Shown: positions 24,464-37,935 of the stretch, piece after piece
Position numbering within the stretch: the first letter of the stretch is position 1
Layout of the letters: every line of letters starts with the position of its first letter
Origin: Eledone cirrhosa
Taxonomy: Eukaryota
Assembly: GCA_964016885.1 (NCBI GenBank)
Contig: OZ024742.1
Coordinates: 96,968,001-97,032,000 of the forward strand
DNA: 64,000 bases
Direction: 5' to 3'
Translations under genes and position numbers: made by a program
The notes under the pieces: generated by a model
Told to the model about the DNA's origin: nothing
The model's input: only the letters and a program-made list of their open reading frames with translations
The model's database searches: none

Positions 24464-25076
24464 AGTTATCTCGAATATCGAGTTTAAAGCACGAGTGTAT
24501 TAGAATTCGTAGAATAATGCAAGGAAGCTGTTAAAACAGCAAAATGCTGTCAATGACAGCATCAGGTAAAAGTTACCTCCAAGGACAGAAGTCAGTGGCC
24601 AGAATTGGGTTGGCCCACAGAAGCAATAGGAAGAAAGAAGAAAAGGAAGAAAATAGACGAGAGAAGATCACACAGCCATTTATATACATCATCATCTATC
24701 AGACTGACTTGTTTCACACGATTTAACTAAAAGTACCATATAATATAGTTGGATTGTGCAACAGAAAAATAAATATTTCTGTTGGATAATGTTTGCATGA
24801 GAAATGAACTGATTAGACAGACAGATCAGAGAATGAAAAAAAATAAAATGTGTCCTCTTGGCACCAGGATGTTGCTAGAAAGGACAACAACAAAAGCACT
24901 AGCTGCAGATGTGGTAGCAAGCGGAAATGATGAGCAAGTGGGGTGGGTAGGAGAAGGGAGCAGGAAAGGAAAGAAGCAGGATTTTCTTTCCTTCTCCCTT
25001 TTCCTTTTAAAGGTATTCCCCCTATTTTATAAGCTATCTTTATAGCATTTCTGCATGTGAGCATTTTCTTCTTCGT

Positions 25077-25620
25077 CATCATCATCATCGTTTAACGTCC
25101 ATCTTCCAGTCTAGCATGGGTTTGGACGGGAATTTTCCCACTTGAGGCGAGATTGGTTGTCTTGCTCGTATAGAACTGTCTGGCGGGTTTTCTACGCCTG
25201 GATGCCCTTCCTAACACCAACCACGTTTACAGTGTGGACTGGGAGGTTTTTACTGTGTTACCTACACAGCCACATTACAGCGTGGACTGTTTTTTTGTTG
25301 TGACACCTACACGACCTCATTTATTTAGGACTGGATGTTGTGGTACCAACATAACTTTACATCGAAAGGGGTGGTGTGGATGGGGTGGGGGTAGTGGGAC
25401 GGGTTCTATTTTGGTAAGAGGTGCCTACTCACTGTAGGTTTCGCTTTGCACTTAGGCAAGGCGTGTCTTCTGTATTACTCCGTAGCGCCAAAGATCTCGG
25501 TCCAGTGACATTGTCTTGGAGAGGTGTAAGTGTGTGAGGTCGGAATTTACCAAGTCGTCCCAGGTTTTTCTGGGTCTGCCTACTCCGTGGCTGCCGTCTA
25601 TTATGATCGCCCTGCACTTT
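25077..25620 (-). mobile_element. 5'-truncated copy of the 6.5-10.6 kb RTE family
   Basis: Colinear with 6481-7045 (3' UTR plus last codons), with a (GAT)n tail. Confidence 0.9.
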
Positions 25621-26620
25621 TTTTTTCATGTATATGTATATATATATATTAGCAAAAGTGCTCGTGTATAAATGGACATAAATGTCAAACAAATACAAGC
25701 ATCTCTTTTCATCTTCAGCCACCTCTGGAAATACAATTCTGCATGTTAGTGTGGCATTATATTATTAGAGTTAGGTAATATATTACTTGGAAAAGAAATG
25801 TTACATACTGGATACATACTATAACACAATAACATATAAACAAACATAAAATAAGCATTATAGCTTTGAATTCAAACAAGTAGATATACTTAACCTATAT
25901 AGAAAAATGTCTATGTGAGTAATGAAAAGACAAGTGTATAAATGCAATAGATAATGCTGGAAAGAAAGGAAATATAGTGACTTTCATAAAAAAAAAGGAT
26001 GCATGAAATAGATGTGGAGTTGTAGAAAGGCAGCTTTCCAACTTGAGAGAAGGGAAGGAAAGACAAGAGCCAGAAACATGCAGGAAAGTTAAAGTGAGGG
26101 AGAGAAGGAAAGATAATGAGAGAGGACAGGACGTGAGGAGAGAAAGAAAGAGAAGGAGAGAGATAGAAATTTTTTAAAACCTGCAAGTGAATCAAATGAA
26201 ATTTTTTTTAAAACCTGCAAATGAATCAAATCAAAAGTGAGTACATGGCAGCTAGCAGTATAATAAATATTAACAAAAGTGCACATGAAAGAATGAACCT
26301 AAATGACAAACGAATCCAAGCATCTTTTCTTCTCTTCAGCCAATCATTGAAAATACAATTTTGTATGTTAGGGTGGGATTGTATTATTATAAATCAGATC
26401 ATACAGTACATTAAAAGAAATTTTTTGGGGAACTGGATGCATATGTTTACACTACAGCAAGACTGGCATATTAGTTACAATTGCTTCAATAAGTATATCA
26501 AAAGATATATTCATAGCTCTCAGATCTTCATACATTGAAATTGCAAATGAAGCTGAGTTTGAAGAACGGAGAGGAATATCTCTTGATATATCACTCAGTG
26601 GAAGAATTAGTGTAGTGTAA

Positions 26621-28451
26621 TCTTTATAAAAGCGAGGATGTGTGTGTGTCTGTGTACAACTTTGGATACCTAATGCTTTTACAATTACCAACCGAATTTG
26701 ACCAAATTTTCTAAGATGGTCACATCACAAAATTTTCCAATCGACCCACGATGTAAGGGAAATAACCAACTTTATTGACAATCCTTATAAAAAGAGTGAA
26801 ATATGGAGACCTTTGTTTTCAATTTTAAAACAACAATCATCGCCGGACGAAATTTCAGAAATATAAACATCAGATTCATTTGAAGATAAATCACTAATAT
26901 TATCGTTTGTTTCTTGTTTATTTTTTGTTGCACTTTCAAAGTTAAAAAAACACTTGTTGTTTTAACTTGTTTCACTATATTAAGTGTTAATTTTCGCGTT
27001 AAGGGCCTAATCTCGCAGCAGTCTCGAATTGACGAGATTTTGATGATGGTTTGTTTATTTTTAGAACAATCGTTATGGGACTTTCCATTGAAACCATTGG
27101 AACCTACAGCTTTTACATTTTTAAAACTTCCATAAGCCATGTTGGTACAAAAAAAAATTTTGTTGCACTTTCAAAGTTAAAAAAAACACTTGTTGTTTTA
27201 ACTTGTTTCACTATATTAAGTGTTAATTTTCGCGGTAAAGGCCTACTCTCGCAGCAGTCTCGAATTGACGAGATGTTGATGATGGTTTGTTTATTTTAGA
27301 ACAATCCTTATGGGACTTTCCATTCAAACCATTTTTAAAGTAATTTCGTCCACATTTGAAGCAGGCATTATCTATGCTTCCAGCTGTATTCGTACACATG
27401 AAACTTTTTTGACAATGAAGGAACATACTGAACAGGATTCTTCCTGAATGTCCACGGATATATACATCTATTGATACTGCATGTGATCCACAGGATGCGG
27501 TCAACGATCCAGTTGAATTTCTAAATTCTTTAAATATTCCTGGTTTACCTCCTAATACATTGGTTCTGAAAGAGGGAACGCCAGTTATTTTTCTGAGAAA
27601 TATCACTCCTCCAAAACTATGCAATGGTACACGCCTTGTGATTAAAAATATGTCTCCACTTAGTATTGACGCTACCATTCTATCCGGATGTGGAAAAGGT
27701 GAGGATGTGAAAATAACAAAAATTAGCCTGACTACATCAGGCGTGGATACTCCCTTCTCCTTTCGCTGAACCCAATTTCCACTTCGTGTTGCCTTTGCGA
27801 TGTCCATAAACAAGTCGCAAGGTCAAACTCTGTCTGTCACTAGAATTCACTTGGATGAACCTTGCTTTTCGCACGGACAATTCTACGTTGCCTGTTCACG
27901 AGTTGGCAGTCGAGATAATCTCTTTGCGTTTGTTCAGAAAAGAAAAACAAAGAATATTGTCTATCCTGAAGTGCTTTAGTGTTAACAAAAAAACATATTA
28001 CAGCTCTGCCTTGATTTCACCTTACTCATTATAAAACATACAAATGAATATGTCATGCAGGATATTTTGGATTATAAGTTCAAAATTTAACCATACACAG
28101 CAAAGAATGCTCTCAAAGAATAGATTTTCTCTTATTCTACTCTCATTGTGTTTTTTGTTTGTATACAACTCTGCTTTCATTACAACTTTTAGTACTTTAG
28201 CAAAACTGCCTGTTTTTTTACAGGTTTGCAACGTGTATTGTCTTTAATCATTTGTATAACTACATCCTGTTCAGTGTTTTCCTTCATGATCAACATAGTT
28301 TTATGTGTACAAAGATTGCACTAAATATTCGTTTGCATTAATTATTGAAGACTTCTGCTTATTTTGACAGGTTGGGGACAAATAATGTTCTTCTTTTACT
28401 TCCTAGCTGTATATTCTTAGCATAATTTCAAACACCGAGCAAATCTGCTAG
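26621..28451 (+). mobile_element. Non-autonomous Helitron derivative
   Basis: A|TCTTTATAAAAG 5' end and CTAG|T 3' end (insertion between A and T); internal helicase remnant; 235-bp internal tandem duplication starting at ~26926 and ~27161. Confidence 0.85.
27426..27979 (+). pseudogene. C-terminal PIF1-family helicase fragment of Helitron RepHel
   Basis: PVEFLNSLNIPGLPPNTLVLKEG..LRNITPPKLCNGTRL..(stop)TQFPLRVAFAMSINKSQGQTL..FSHGQFYVACSRV..TKNIVYPEVL*. Confidence 0.9.
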
Positions 28452-28542
28452 TAAACTATATATTTGTATATATATTATGAACGTTTACACAGCTTGTGTA
28501 CCCTCACAATTTTAGATACCTTCTCTCTGTCTCTCTATCATT

Positions 28543-28884
28543 TCCGCCGAGGTTGACTTTGCCTTACATCCTTACGGGGTCGATAAAATAAAGTACCAGT
28601 AATGCACTGGGTAATTGCTGGCCTTGTGCCTAAAGTAGAAACAATTATATATATATATATATATATGTGGGCGGTGGATTGGCAGTATCGGTAGAGGTTC
28701 GGATGCCATGCTTTGCAGCAGAGAATTACGGCTCTTTATGATCTGAGCTCAAATCCCACCGAGGTTAACTTTGCCTTTCCTCCTTATGGGGTCGATAAAA
28801 TAAAGTACCAGTCATGCACTGGGGTCGATTTAATCGACTTTCCCCTCCCCCCAAATTACTAGCCTTGTGCCTATATAAGAAACC

Positions 28885-28949
<65 letters not shown>

Positions 28950-29140
28950 TGGCGGTGAATTGGCAGTATCGGTAGAGGATCGGGTGCCATGCTTTCCAGC
29001 AAAGAGTTACGGCTCTTTATGGTCTGAGTTCAAATCCTGCCGAGGTTAACTTTGCCATTCACCCTTACGGGGGTCGATAAAATAAAGTACCAGTAATACA
29101 CTGGTATAATTGCTGGCATGTGCCAAAAGGAGAAACAATT
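28543..29140 (+). mobile_element. Three stacked Meta-like SINE copies separated by (TA)n
   Basis: Partial 28543-28645, long-type 28669-28888 and short-type 28950-29140. Confidence 0.85.
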
Positions 29141-29149
29141 ATATATATA

Positions 29150-30950
29150 TGGTGAGATGTTGGAGATGCTGAAGAGAAGGCATGTGAATGTGTGCTGCAT
29201 GCAAACATTTTTGTTATAAGCTTTTCTGGGTGGGTAATGATGATGGGTTAGGTGGGGTAGACATATTACTGGCTGAGAGATAGATCGATAGGACAATAGA
29301 GGTAGTAATAGAATTATTAAGCTTGGATTAGTTGCAGGAAAGAGACTACTGACAATCACCTCTGCCTATGCTCCCCAGGCAGGCCTAGGTAAAGAAGAGA
29401 ACGGCTGCTTTTACGAGCAAATTTTACAAACCGCCGCAATTACAGAGGACAGAGACATTGTTATACTAGCAGGGGACTTTAAATGGTCATGTTGGACAGC
29501 TCCGGGATGGATACACTGGGGTACATGGTGGGCACGGTTACGTGCCCACCATGTACCCCAATGAAGAAGGAGTGAGGCTTCTTGAATTTTGTGATGCAAG
29601 TGCACTAACCATTTCCAGAAACCTACCAACCACCTAATAACCTACAAATCAGGCGAGCACATAAGACATATTGAATCCCTGCTAGTTAGACAGCGAGACA
29701 GACAGATGGTGTCAAATACTTAGGCATACCCTAGGGAAGAATGTATCCCACAGCTTTGGTTAGTCGCTAGTGACATCTCAATAAGCAAGAGAAAGAATGA
29801 GACATACAGGAAGGTGTGGAAAAGAAAGGTCTGGAAGCTAAAAGACCTTTCACTAAAATATAAAGATGTGTATGATGAAAAAGAAGACGATTTAGAATCG
29901 TATGACATATATGATAACTGGAATTTCTTGTGTGACAACTTACTGCAGGCTGCTGAAGAAACTTGTGGCTGGGGCTAAGCTTCAACCAGACAGAGGGTGA
30001 CCTGGTGGTGGAACAGCACGGTAGATAGGGCCATTAGAGACAAACGATTGGCATGGGAAAATGGTGGGAGTAGAGAAGGATACACAGCCACTAAGAGAGA
30101 AGCTCGACGTCAGGTGTACTTAGCTCGCAGGGAGGCTGAGAGTAGGAGGTTTGCCAATGTTCTGCAGTGGGAAGGTGAAAGACGTGCGGTGTTCCGCATT
30201 GCAAGGCAGTGTGTCAATGCGAATCAGGATGTTGTTGGAATGATGACGGTGTACTAAGTGTCACGAACGATAAAAAAAATGAGCCCTGGAAATGTCATTA
30301 TGAGAGACTGATGAATGTGGAGAACGAATGGGAGAGAGAGAAATTACCTCCAGTGGACCTGACAGAGGGACCAGCTATTGAGATTGACGAATATAGGGTA
30401 CAAGAGGCAAATAAGGAAATGAAGAATGGTAAGGGTTAGTATGCATTAAACTGGTTGCACGCATAATCAATCAAGTGACGGTTATATAATGCCTATGTGA
30501 GATGCACGATGCTGCATGGTAGTGAGATATGGGCAGCAACTGCAGAGGATATACGACGGCTTGAGTGAAATGAAGCAAGCATACTCCGTTGGATGTGCAA
30601 TGTCAATGTGCGTGAATGACCAAGCTTAGATGAGTCGAGAAAGAAACTGGATATAAGAGGGATAAGTTGTGGTGTGCAGGAGAGACAACTGAGTTGGTAT
30701 GGACAGGTGATGCACATGGAGGATGACCGCTGGGTAAAGGAATGTCAAGAAATCATAGTAGAAGGAAGACGCAGTAGAGGAAGACCACGAAAAACATGGG
30801 CGGAGGTTGTGAGAGCAGACCTCAGATCGCTGAAACTCATGGAGGAGATGACGAAGGAGCGTGACAAGTGGAGAGATGCTGTGCTGAATAGGATTCGTCC
30901 CACTCTTGCAAGCAGGTAAAAGCGGACGTAAAATGATGATGATGATGATA
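29150..30950 (+). mobile_element. Decayed RTE LINE with the RT core deleted
   Basis: EMLKRRHVNVCCMQ, SAYAPQAG, TWWWNSTVD, WKCHYERLMN, then a jump at ~30480 to TMLHGSE and GRPRKTW; (GAT)n tail. Confidence 0.85.
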
Positions 30951-30963
30951 ATGATATATATAT

Positions 30964-31568
30964 ATAAAATAAAACAAGGATGAGTGGTTACTCCTTCATT
31001 ACGTTTATTGGTTGGTGACGCGAGTTTCGCCACCAATCAGCTCAAGGTTTGATATGTATCAATCTAGCCCGACTCTATAATCAACAGCTTATCAGACGTA
31101 CCAAAAAGAGTCTGATGAGTCGTTGATTACAGAGTTGGGCTAGATCGATACAGATCAAACCTTGAGCTGATTGGTGGCACTGCCAGGCCAGAGATTTCTG
31201 GAAGTTGTCCATAGACCCCGGCCTGAAATTTCTCCCGAACAGATTGGCTAGTTGATTTTCCTCGACGACCAGAGTCTCCCCAAGTACGCCGTCGCTCGTC
31301 CCCTCCACTAATCCTCTATAGAACGCCAATAATAATAATAATTGTTTCTACTTTAGGCACAAGGCCAGCAATTACCCAGTGCATTACTGGTACTTTATTT
31401 TATCGACCCCGTCACCAACCAATAAACTTAATGAAGGAGTAACCATTCGTCCTTGTTTTATTTTATTATAATTCACTCTGTCTAGCTCTACACTTCGATA
31501 CAGATCTGAACTTAAACATCGAATGCTCACCCAGCTGAACCTACTGTAACTCTGCGTTACGCTCATGG
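30964..31568. mobile_element. Fold-back PLE pLTR pair with hammerhead motifs, between (TA)n tracts
   Basis: Left arm 30964-31097 is the reverse complement of 31110-31178 plus 31410-31466; consensus CTGATGA-G..(long stem II)..GGC-GAAAC-TCGC-GTC-ACCAACC-AATAAA. Confidence 0.75.
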
Positions 31569-31612
31569 ATATATATATATATATATATATATATGGATAT
31601 ATATATATATAT

Positions 31613-31664
31613 ATCATCATCATCGTTTAACGTCCATCTTCCACGCTTGCATGGGTTTGGACGG
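31613..31664 (-). mobile_element. About 50-bp RTE 3' terminus inserted in (TA)n
   Basis: Matches 6493-6542 (stem-loop plus GAT tail). Confidence 0.8.
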
Positions 31665-31666
31665 TA

Positions 31667-31702
<36 letters not shown>

Positions 31703-32116
31703 GTGTGTGTGTGTGTGTGTATCTATAAGAACACTATAAATGGATGTAAAATGATGATGATAAATATATACATATATATGCATACATACAATTACATACT
31801 CATAATTCCACATTGATGAACATGCTAAATATAACATGCTTTGGAGATGTTGAGTAGGATATTGTCACCTACTAATATAGTAGTATTAGATGAATACTTT
31901 ATCTTTTGTCACTTATTCTCTCACTTCATGTCTGTCTGTCAATTATGTTTTCTGACACAGTCTCTGTCTGCCTGTCACTTTCATTATCACTCACTCATTA
32001 TCTCTCTCTTTATAAGCATGTGTGTGGATATAGATTGATAGATATTTGTTTGTATGTATGTATGTATGTATGTATGTATAAAAATATACTCACACACATG
32101 TACATATATATAAATA

Positions 32117-32166
<50 letters not shown>

Positions 32167-32769
32167 TCTCTCTCTCTGTTAGCCTCCTCCTCAACTTTCA
32201 CTCACTCATTCTCTGTCACTACCTCTCCTCCTCCTCTTTCCTCCTCCTCCTTCAAGTTTGACCTGTGTGTAATTCTTTTCTCGCGCGGTCTTGACCAAGC
32301 TGGTATGGAAATTTTTTTCTCTCTCTCTCTTTCGTCTGCGACTTCACAAAACTTATGTTTACCGAATTCGTAGACCAGACCCCTTTATCTTCTTCTTCTT
32401 CTTCTTCTTCTTCTTCTTCTTCTCTCCCCCCCCCCCCCCGTTAGACTTGCGCAAAATTCTTTCCTTGCTCACATTTCAACCAGGTTTGATGGTCTTTTGT
32501 CTCTTGTTCACGATTTCACCGAGTTTATATTCATAGAGATCTGGGACTTGTCTATTTCTTCTCACTTTCCGTTGCTTAAACCTTTTTGTTTGTTACCCTG
32601 GCGTCCCCTTTGTTTACGTGTCCCAACGACTTTTTTTAGCCGTTGTTCGCACCAACCTGAGGCATATGGCCCTTAAAGCGATGAAATGCCTGGGACGGTT
32701 GGAGGGTCACTGATGAAGGACCTACTTTTTCATATGCCCCACCATGTGCAACGCGCAGCCATCATTATT

Positions 32770-32831
<62 letters not shown>

Positions 32832-33390
32832 GGTGTGTATGTGTGTGTAAGTATGCTTTAAGAAACAGGGAGAGAAACTGAGATGCATACATGGAGAAAA
32901 GAGAGGTAACACTAGCGTCCTAAACACCTCAAACTTAGACAATGGCAAGTGTAGGAGGTGAAGAGGATCATCTGGTACAGTTCTTGATGATTGGTGCTGC
33001 TTGAACTATTATCTAAAAAGGACAGGGAAGGGAGAGAAAAAGAAAAAAATTCCAGAAAACACTAATAAAAATACTTATAAAAGAATATGGTGCAGTGAGG
33101 AAAATTGCCAAGATGTATTATTTCTGTTCTAACTGATGCAATTACTGTTGAACACCTTTTTCTTTTTCTTTTTTTTCTTTTCTTCTTATGCTTTTTTTGT
33201 GTCTTTCTCATTTTATTATATTATTTTATGATGACGATAATAATAATAATAATACTAATAGTAATAATAACAATAAAAATAATAATAATAATAATAATAA
33301 TAATTATAATAATGATGATAATGATGATGATTGTTGTGGTGTTGATGACAGTATTTGTGGTGGTGCTGCTAGTAATAATCATTATTAGCC

Positions 33391-33446
<56 letters not shown>

Positions 33447-33511
33447 ATGATGATTTCATTTATTCGCCATGTCGGCCCTTGTGGCCAATAAATGAAATCA
33501 TTATTATTATT

Positions 33512-33645
33512 ACGTCCGTTTACGATCTGAGTTCAAATCCCGCCGAGGTTGACTTTGCCTTTCATCCTTACGGGGTCGATGAAATAAAATACCAGAAATG
33601 CACTGGGTAATTGCTGGCCTTGTGCCTAAAGTAGAAACAATTATT
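33512..33645 (+). mobile_element. 5'-truncated Meta-like SINE
   Basis: B box through tail, followed by (TAT)n. Confidence 0.85.
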
Positions 33646-33654
33646 ATTATTATT

Positions 33655-34510
33655 GGCATTCTATAGAGGATTAGTGGAGGGAGACTCAGCGGAGACTCTG
33701 GTTGTCGAGGAAAATCAACTAGCCAATCTGTTCGGGAGAAATTTCAGGCCGGGGTCTATGGACAACTTCCAGAAATCTCTGGCCTGGCAGTGCTACCGAG
33801 GAGCTTTGCCAGTTCGGGATAAATTCTACAGGCATGGAGGTGCTGTCAGCCGAAACCGTCCTGCATGCACTCGTCCAGTGTCCGAGCATTGCTGACTTGT
33901 GGGTTTATGTCGAACACCTGCTGTCGCGTGTAGAACGGATCCGACTATCAGCTGAGTCCATCGTGAGGATTGCCCCAGCCTCTTCCTTTAGCCGGGAAGG
34001 GCAGGCAGTTTTTATCTGTTTGGTGGCCATGGCAAAAGAGATAATATGGTGGACGCGTCTGAAAGGGCTGAAGATGAGCACTTACCTCTTCGGTGATGCC
34101 CTGATTAACTTTTTCTAATTTCATTTGAAAAGGAAAATCAGGGTAGAGAGGGACGTGCTCTATTTCCAGCATTTTGTTGAAAGATGGGTGAGAGAGGCAA
34201 GAATGGCTCGAGTGAATGGGCCTACTCTGAGTATATGCCTGTAAATTGAAGGTGGAAAACTGAGAGAGGACAATTGCCCTGGTGATCAGGGTCACTGTGG
34301 ATTTTTTTAATGGGCTTTCTCCACGATGGCCCTCGGAAGTCTCCCCCCTATTGGGTAATTTTTTCATTGTTCTATTATTACATCCTCTGTTTTTTTTTGG
34401 TTTTTACATGCAGAAATGCCCATTTGTATTGTCCTGTACTGTCCTTAATGTCTACTTTGTGTAAACCCTTGTATTTAATAAAGAAAGCATTATTATTATT
34501 ATTATTATTA
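33655..34510 (+). mobile_element. 5'-truncated Tx1/L1-like LINE (older related fragment at ~34665-35075)
   Basis: FQKSLAWQCYRGALPVRDK, ETVLHALVQCPSIADLW, KEIIWWTRLKGLK; homologous to 19650-20260; AATAAA and (TAT)n tail. Confidence 0.85.
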
Positions 34511-35062
34511 GTAGTAGTAGTAGTAGTAGTAGTATTCCCCAATGCTATTGCCTTCATTAAAAGAAATCATTATTATCATCTTTATCATCATCATCAGTAT
34601 TTTTATAATGATTATTATTTTCATTATTATCATCTTCATTTTTATTATTAATACTGATATTTCTTTGGTCAAGTTTTATTTGAAAGTGAAGGTAAGTGTA
34701 GAGAGGAGAATGTTCTTCTCCAGTAAATTTATCAAATGGTGGATAAAAAAATATAAAATGTGATAAATGTGAATGAGCCTATTCTCGGCATGTGCTGGTA
34801 GGTTGGATAATGACAGTTGGAAGAGGGCACTAACACTTTGTGGGCAGGTTGATTGGGGATCTGTGGTGATCTTCAATTAGAGAGGTATTCAATTTATGTG
34901 CCAGAAAGACTGAATGCCTTATTTAATTGTATACTTTTTATACCTAATTTGTATGCAATGTATATTTTTCTTTTTCATTTCTATTCAAACCCACACCTCC
35001 ATTTTATAATATGTCTTTTTAATATCTCCTCCATCTGATGCCTTTTGGCAAACAAAAGCAAA

Positions 35063-35111
<49 letters not shown>

Positions 35112-35590
35112 GTTGTTCTTGTTATTGTTGTTGTTGTTGCTGTTGTTGTTATTATTATCACCATCATTATTTTGAAGTAGAAGTGGTTTATAGTTAAAGG
35201 TCTGAGATATCATGCCAATAACCTATTAGATTACCAATGTCAAGATAAAACATTCTTGGTCTATGTAGTAAAATGGGGGGAAAAAATTAAAATACACTGC
35301 ACAAAAATCTATATGAAATTATGCACTAATCCATTTGAGTACAACATATCTAATTAAATATTAATAATAATAATTGTTTCTATATTTGGTACAAGGCCAG
35401 CAATTCGAACAGAAAGAGAAAGTCGATAAATTGACCCCAGTACATTAGTGATACTTTATTCTAGTGATCACATAGGGATGAATGGCAAAATTAACCTCTG
35501 AAGGATTTAAACTTAGAAGTTAAAAGCTGGAACAATAACTGCTAAGTATTTGAGCAATGTTCTAATGACCAATCCATGATATATATATAT

Positions 35591-35845
35591 ATAAGTATTG
35601 AAGTTTCCGTTGAAAATTGAAAAAGTCATAGGAGTGAAGAGTGCTCTATGTAAGTACCAGAGCTAAATTTAAGGTATAATAAACAATACAATATAATTAC
35701 CTCATTACCAGAGGTTTCCCGAATAAGACGAATACGAAAAACGTCCCCATTCATTGTCTGATGAACGAATGAGGACGTTTTTCGTATTCGTCTTATTCGG
35801 GAAACCTCTGGTAATGAGGTAATTATATTGTATTGTTTATTATAC
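35591..35845. mobile_element. Fold-back PLE-type end with hammerhead motif, between (TA)n tracts
   Basis: 79-bp inverted arms 35674-35752 and 35767-35845 with one mismatch; CTGATGA at 35758 and GAAAC at 35801. Confidence 0.7.
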
Positions 35846-35899
<54 letters not shown>

Positions 35900-35900
35900 T

Positions 35901-36460
35901 GTAGTAACACAACAGTTAGTTCACCACACTGAGAACAATTGTTTCACCTTAAGCGGATATTCAGCTCAGACTGGTAATGGTTATACAGAACAGAAAGAAC
36001 AACCTTATGAACGCGCATGCACAGAAACGGTCACTTCAACCAGGCGATGCAAAACCACGGGTGAAAGCGATTGCCTAAATTCAAGAAATGAAATCTTCTC
36101 ACCTTGTCCATATGTCTGGAAACAATTTTTGCATAACTACAAAGCTCTGGATTGAATAACAACAACATTATAATTTTCTAATCAACTCGAACATATTATT
36201 CTGGACACTCGCAGTTATCTCCCTTACACCTTTCGCCCGTGGTTTTGAATCACCTGGGTGTAGTGACTGTTTCTGTGCATGCACGTTCATACGGTTGTTC
36301 TTCCTATTCCGTAGAACCATTACCAGTCTGAGCTGAAGATCCGCTTAAGGTGAAACAATTGTTCTCGGTATGGTGAACTAAATTTTGTGTTTCTACTCCT
36401 ACCAAGCTCGTCCCATGGACTAAGTGCTCTACCACTACGAATATTACCTTCCAGTGTTCT
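35901..36460 (+). mobile_element. 5'-truncated Naiad-like PLE with inverted pLTR
   Basis: Arms 35901-36067 and 36230-36396; spacer encodes CLNSRNEIFSPCPYVWKQFLHNYKALD*, like the PLE endonuclease C-terminus at ~1070-1110; hammerhead in each arm. Confidence 0.8.
36321..36375 (+). ncRNA. Type-I minimal hammerhead ribozyme motif (best preserved)
   Basis: tacca-gt-ctgag-CTGAAGA-t-cc-gcttaa-gg-t-GAAAC-aatt-GTT-ctcgg-ta-tggtg; extended stem I and palindromic stem III ACAATTGT. Confidence 0.7.
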
Positions 36461-36530
36461 ACCTCTCTCTCTCTCTCTATATATATATAGCAGTTGTGTT
36501 ACTACTTCTATATATATATATATATTCATA

Positions 36531-36692
36531 TGACATGTAGGCGCCACGGAAAAAAAAGCACCACCCAGCACTCACTGTAAATGAGGTTGGTGTTAGGAAG
36601 GGCATCCAGCTGTAGAAATCAAGCCAGAATCAGTTCCCGTCCCACCCTTGCAAGCAGGGAAAAGTGGACGTAAAATGAAATGAAAATGAAAT
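36531..36692 (+). mobile_element. 3' portion of the RTE-tailed SINE/LINE family
   Basis: Matches 40068-40165 and 61495-61620; (AAATG)n tail. Confidence 0.75.
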
Positions 36693-36850
36693 GATATATA
36701 AATATAACAAAAATAAAAATGCTGATGTTACATAACTTGTTTAGTCATTATAATTATTTCCACAGTTCTCCATCGTAACTAAAAACTCAGAATGTTGTGA
36801 GCTTTCTCCTGCTTGCCCCTGTTTTTACCAAAAGAATCTCTTCAGAACAC

Positions 36851-36897
<47 letters not shown>

Positions 36898-37084
36898 GAT
36901 ATTAACAAATGGAAACTATATTTATAAAACCATATTTATTTCATTATACATATTTCAAGGACACCAAGTTAAATTATGGTGTGCTTTCATTAGATAAAAT
37001 ATAATATAGATCAGTTTTATAAATAAATATTGACATACCCTAAAACATGCAACCATTACTGTTGTAAGCTCCGAGATATATATT

Positions 37085-37935
<851 letters not shown>

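Noticed and set aside
28669-28760. tRNA genes suggested by A and B boxes
   Set aside because: Each box pair continues into a SINE body and tail; no full cloverleaf could be folded.
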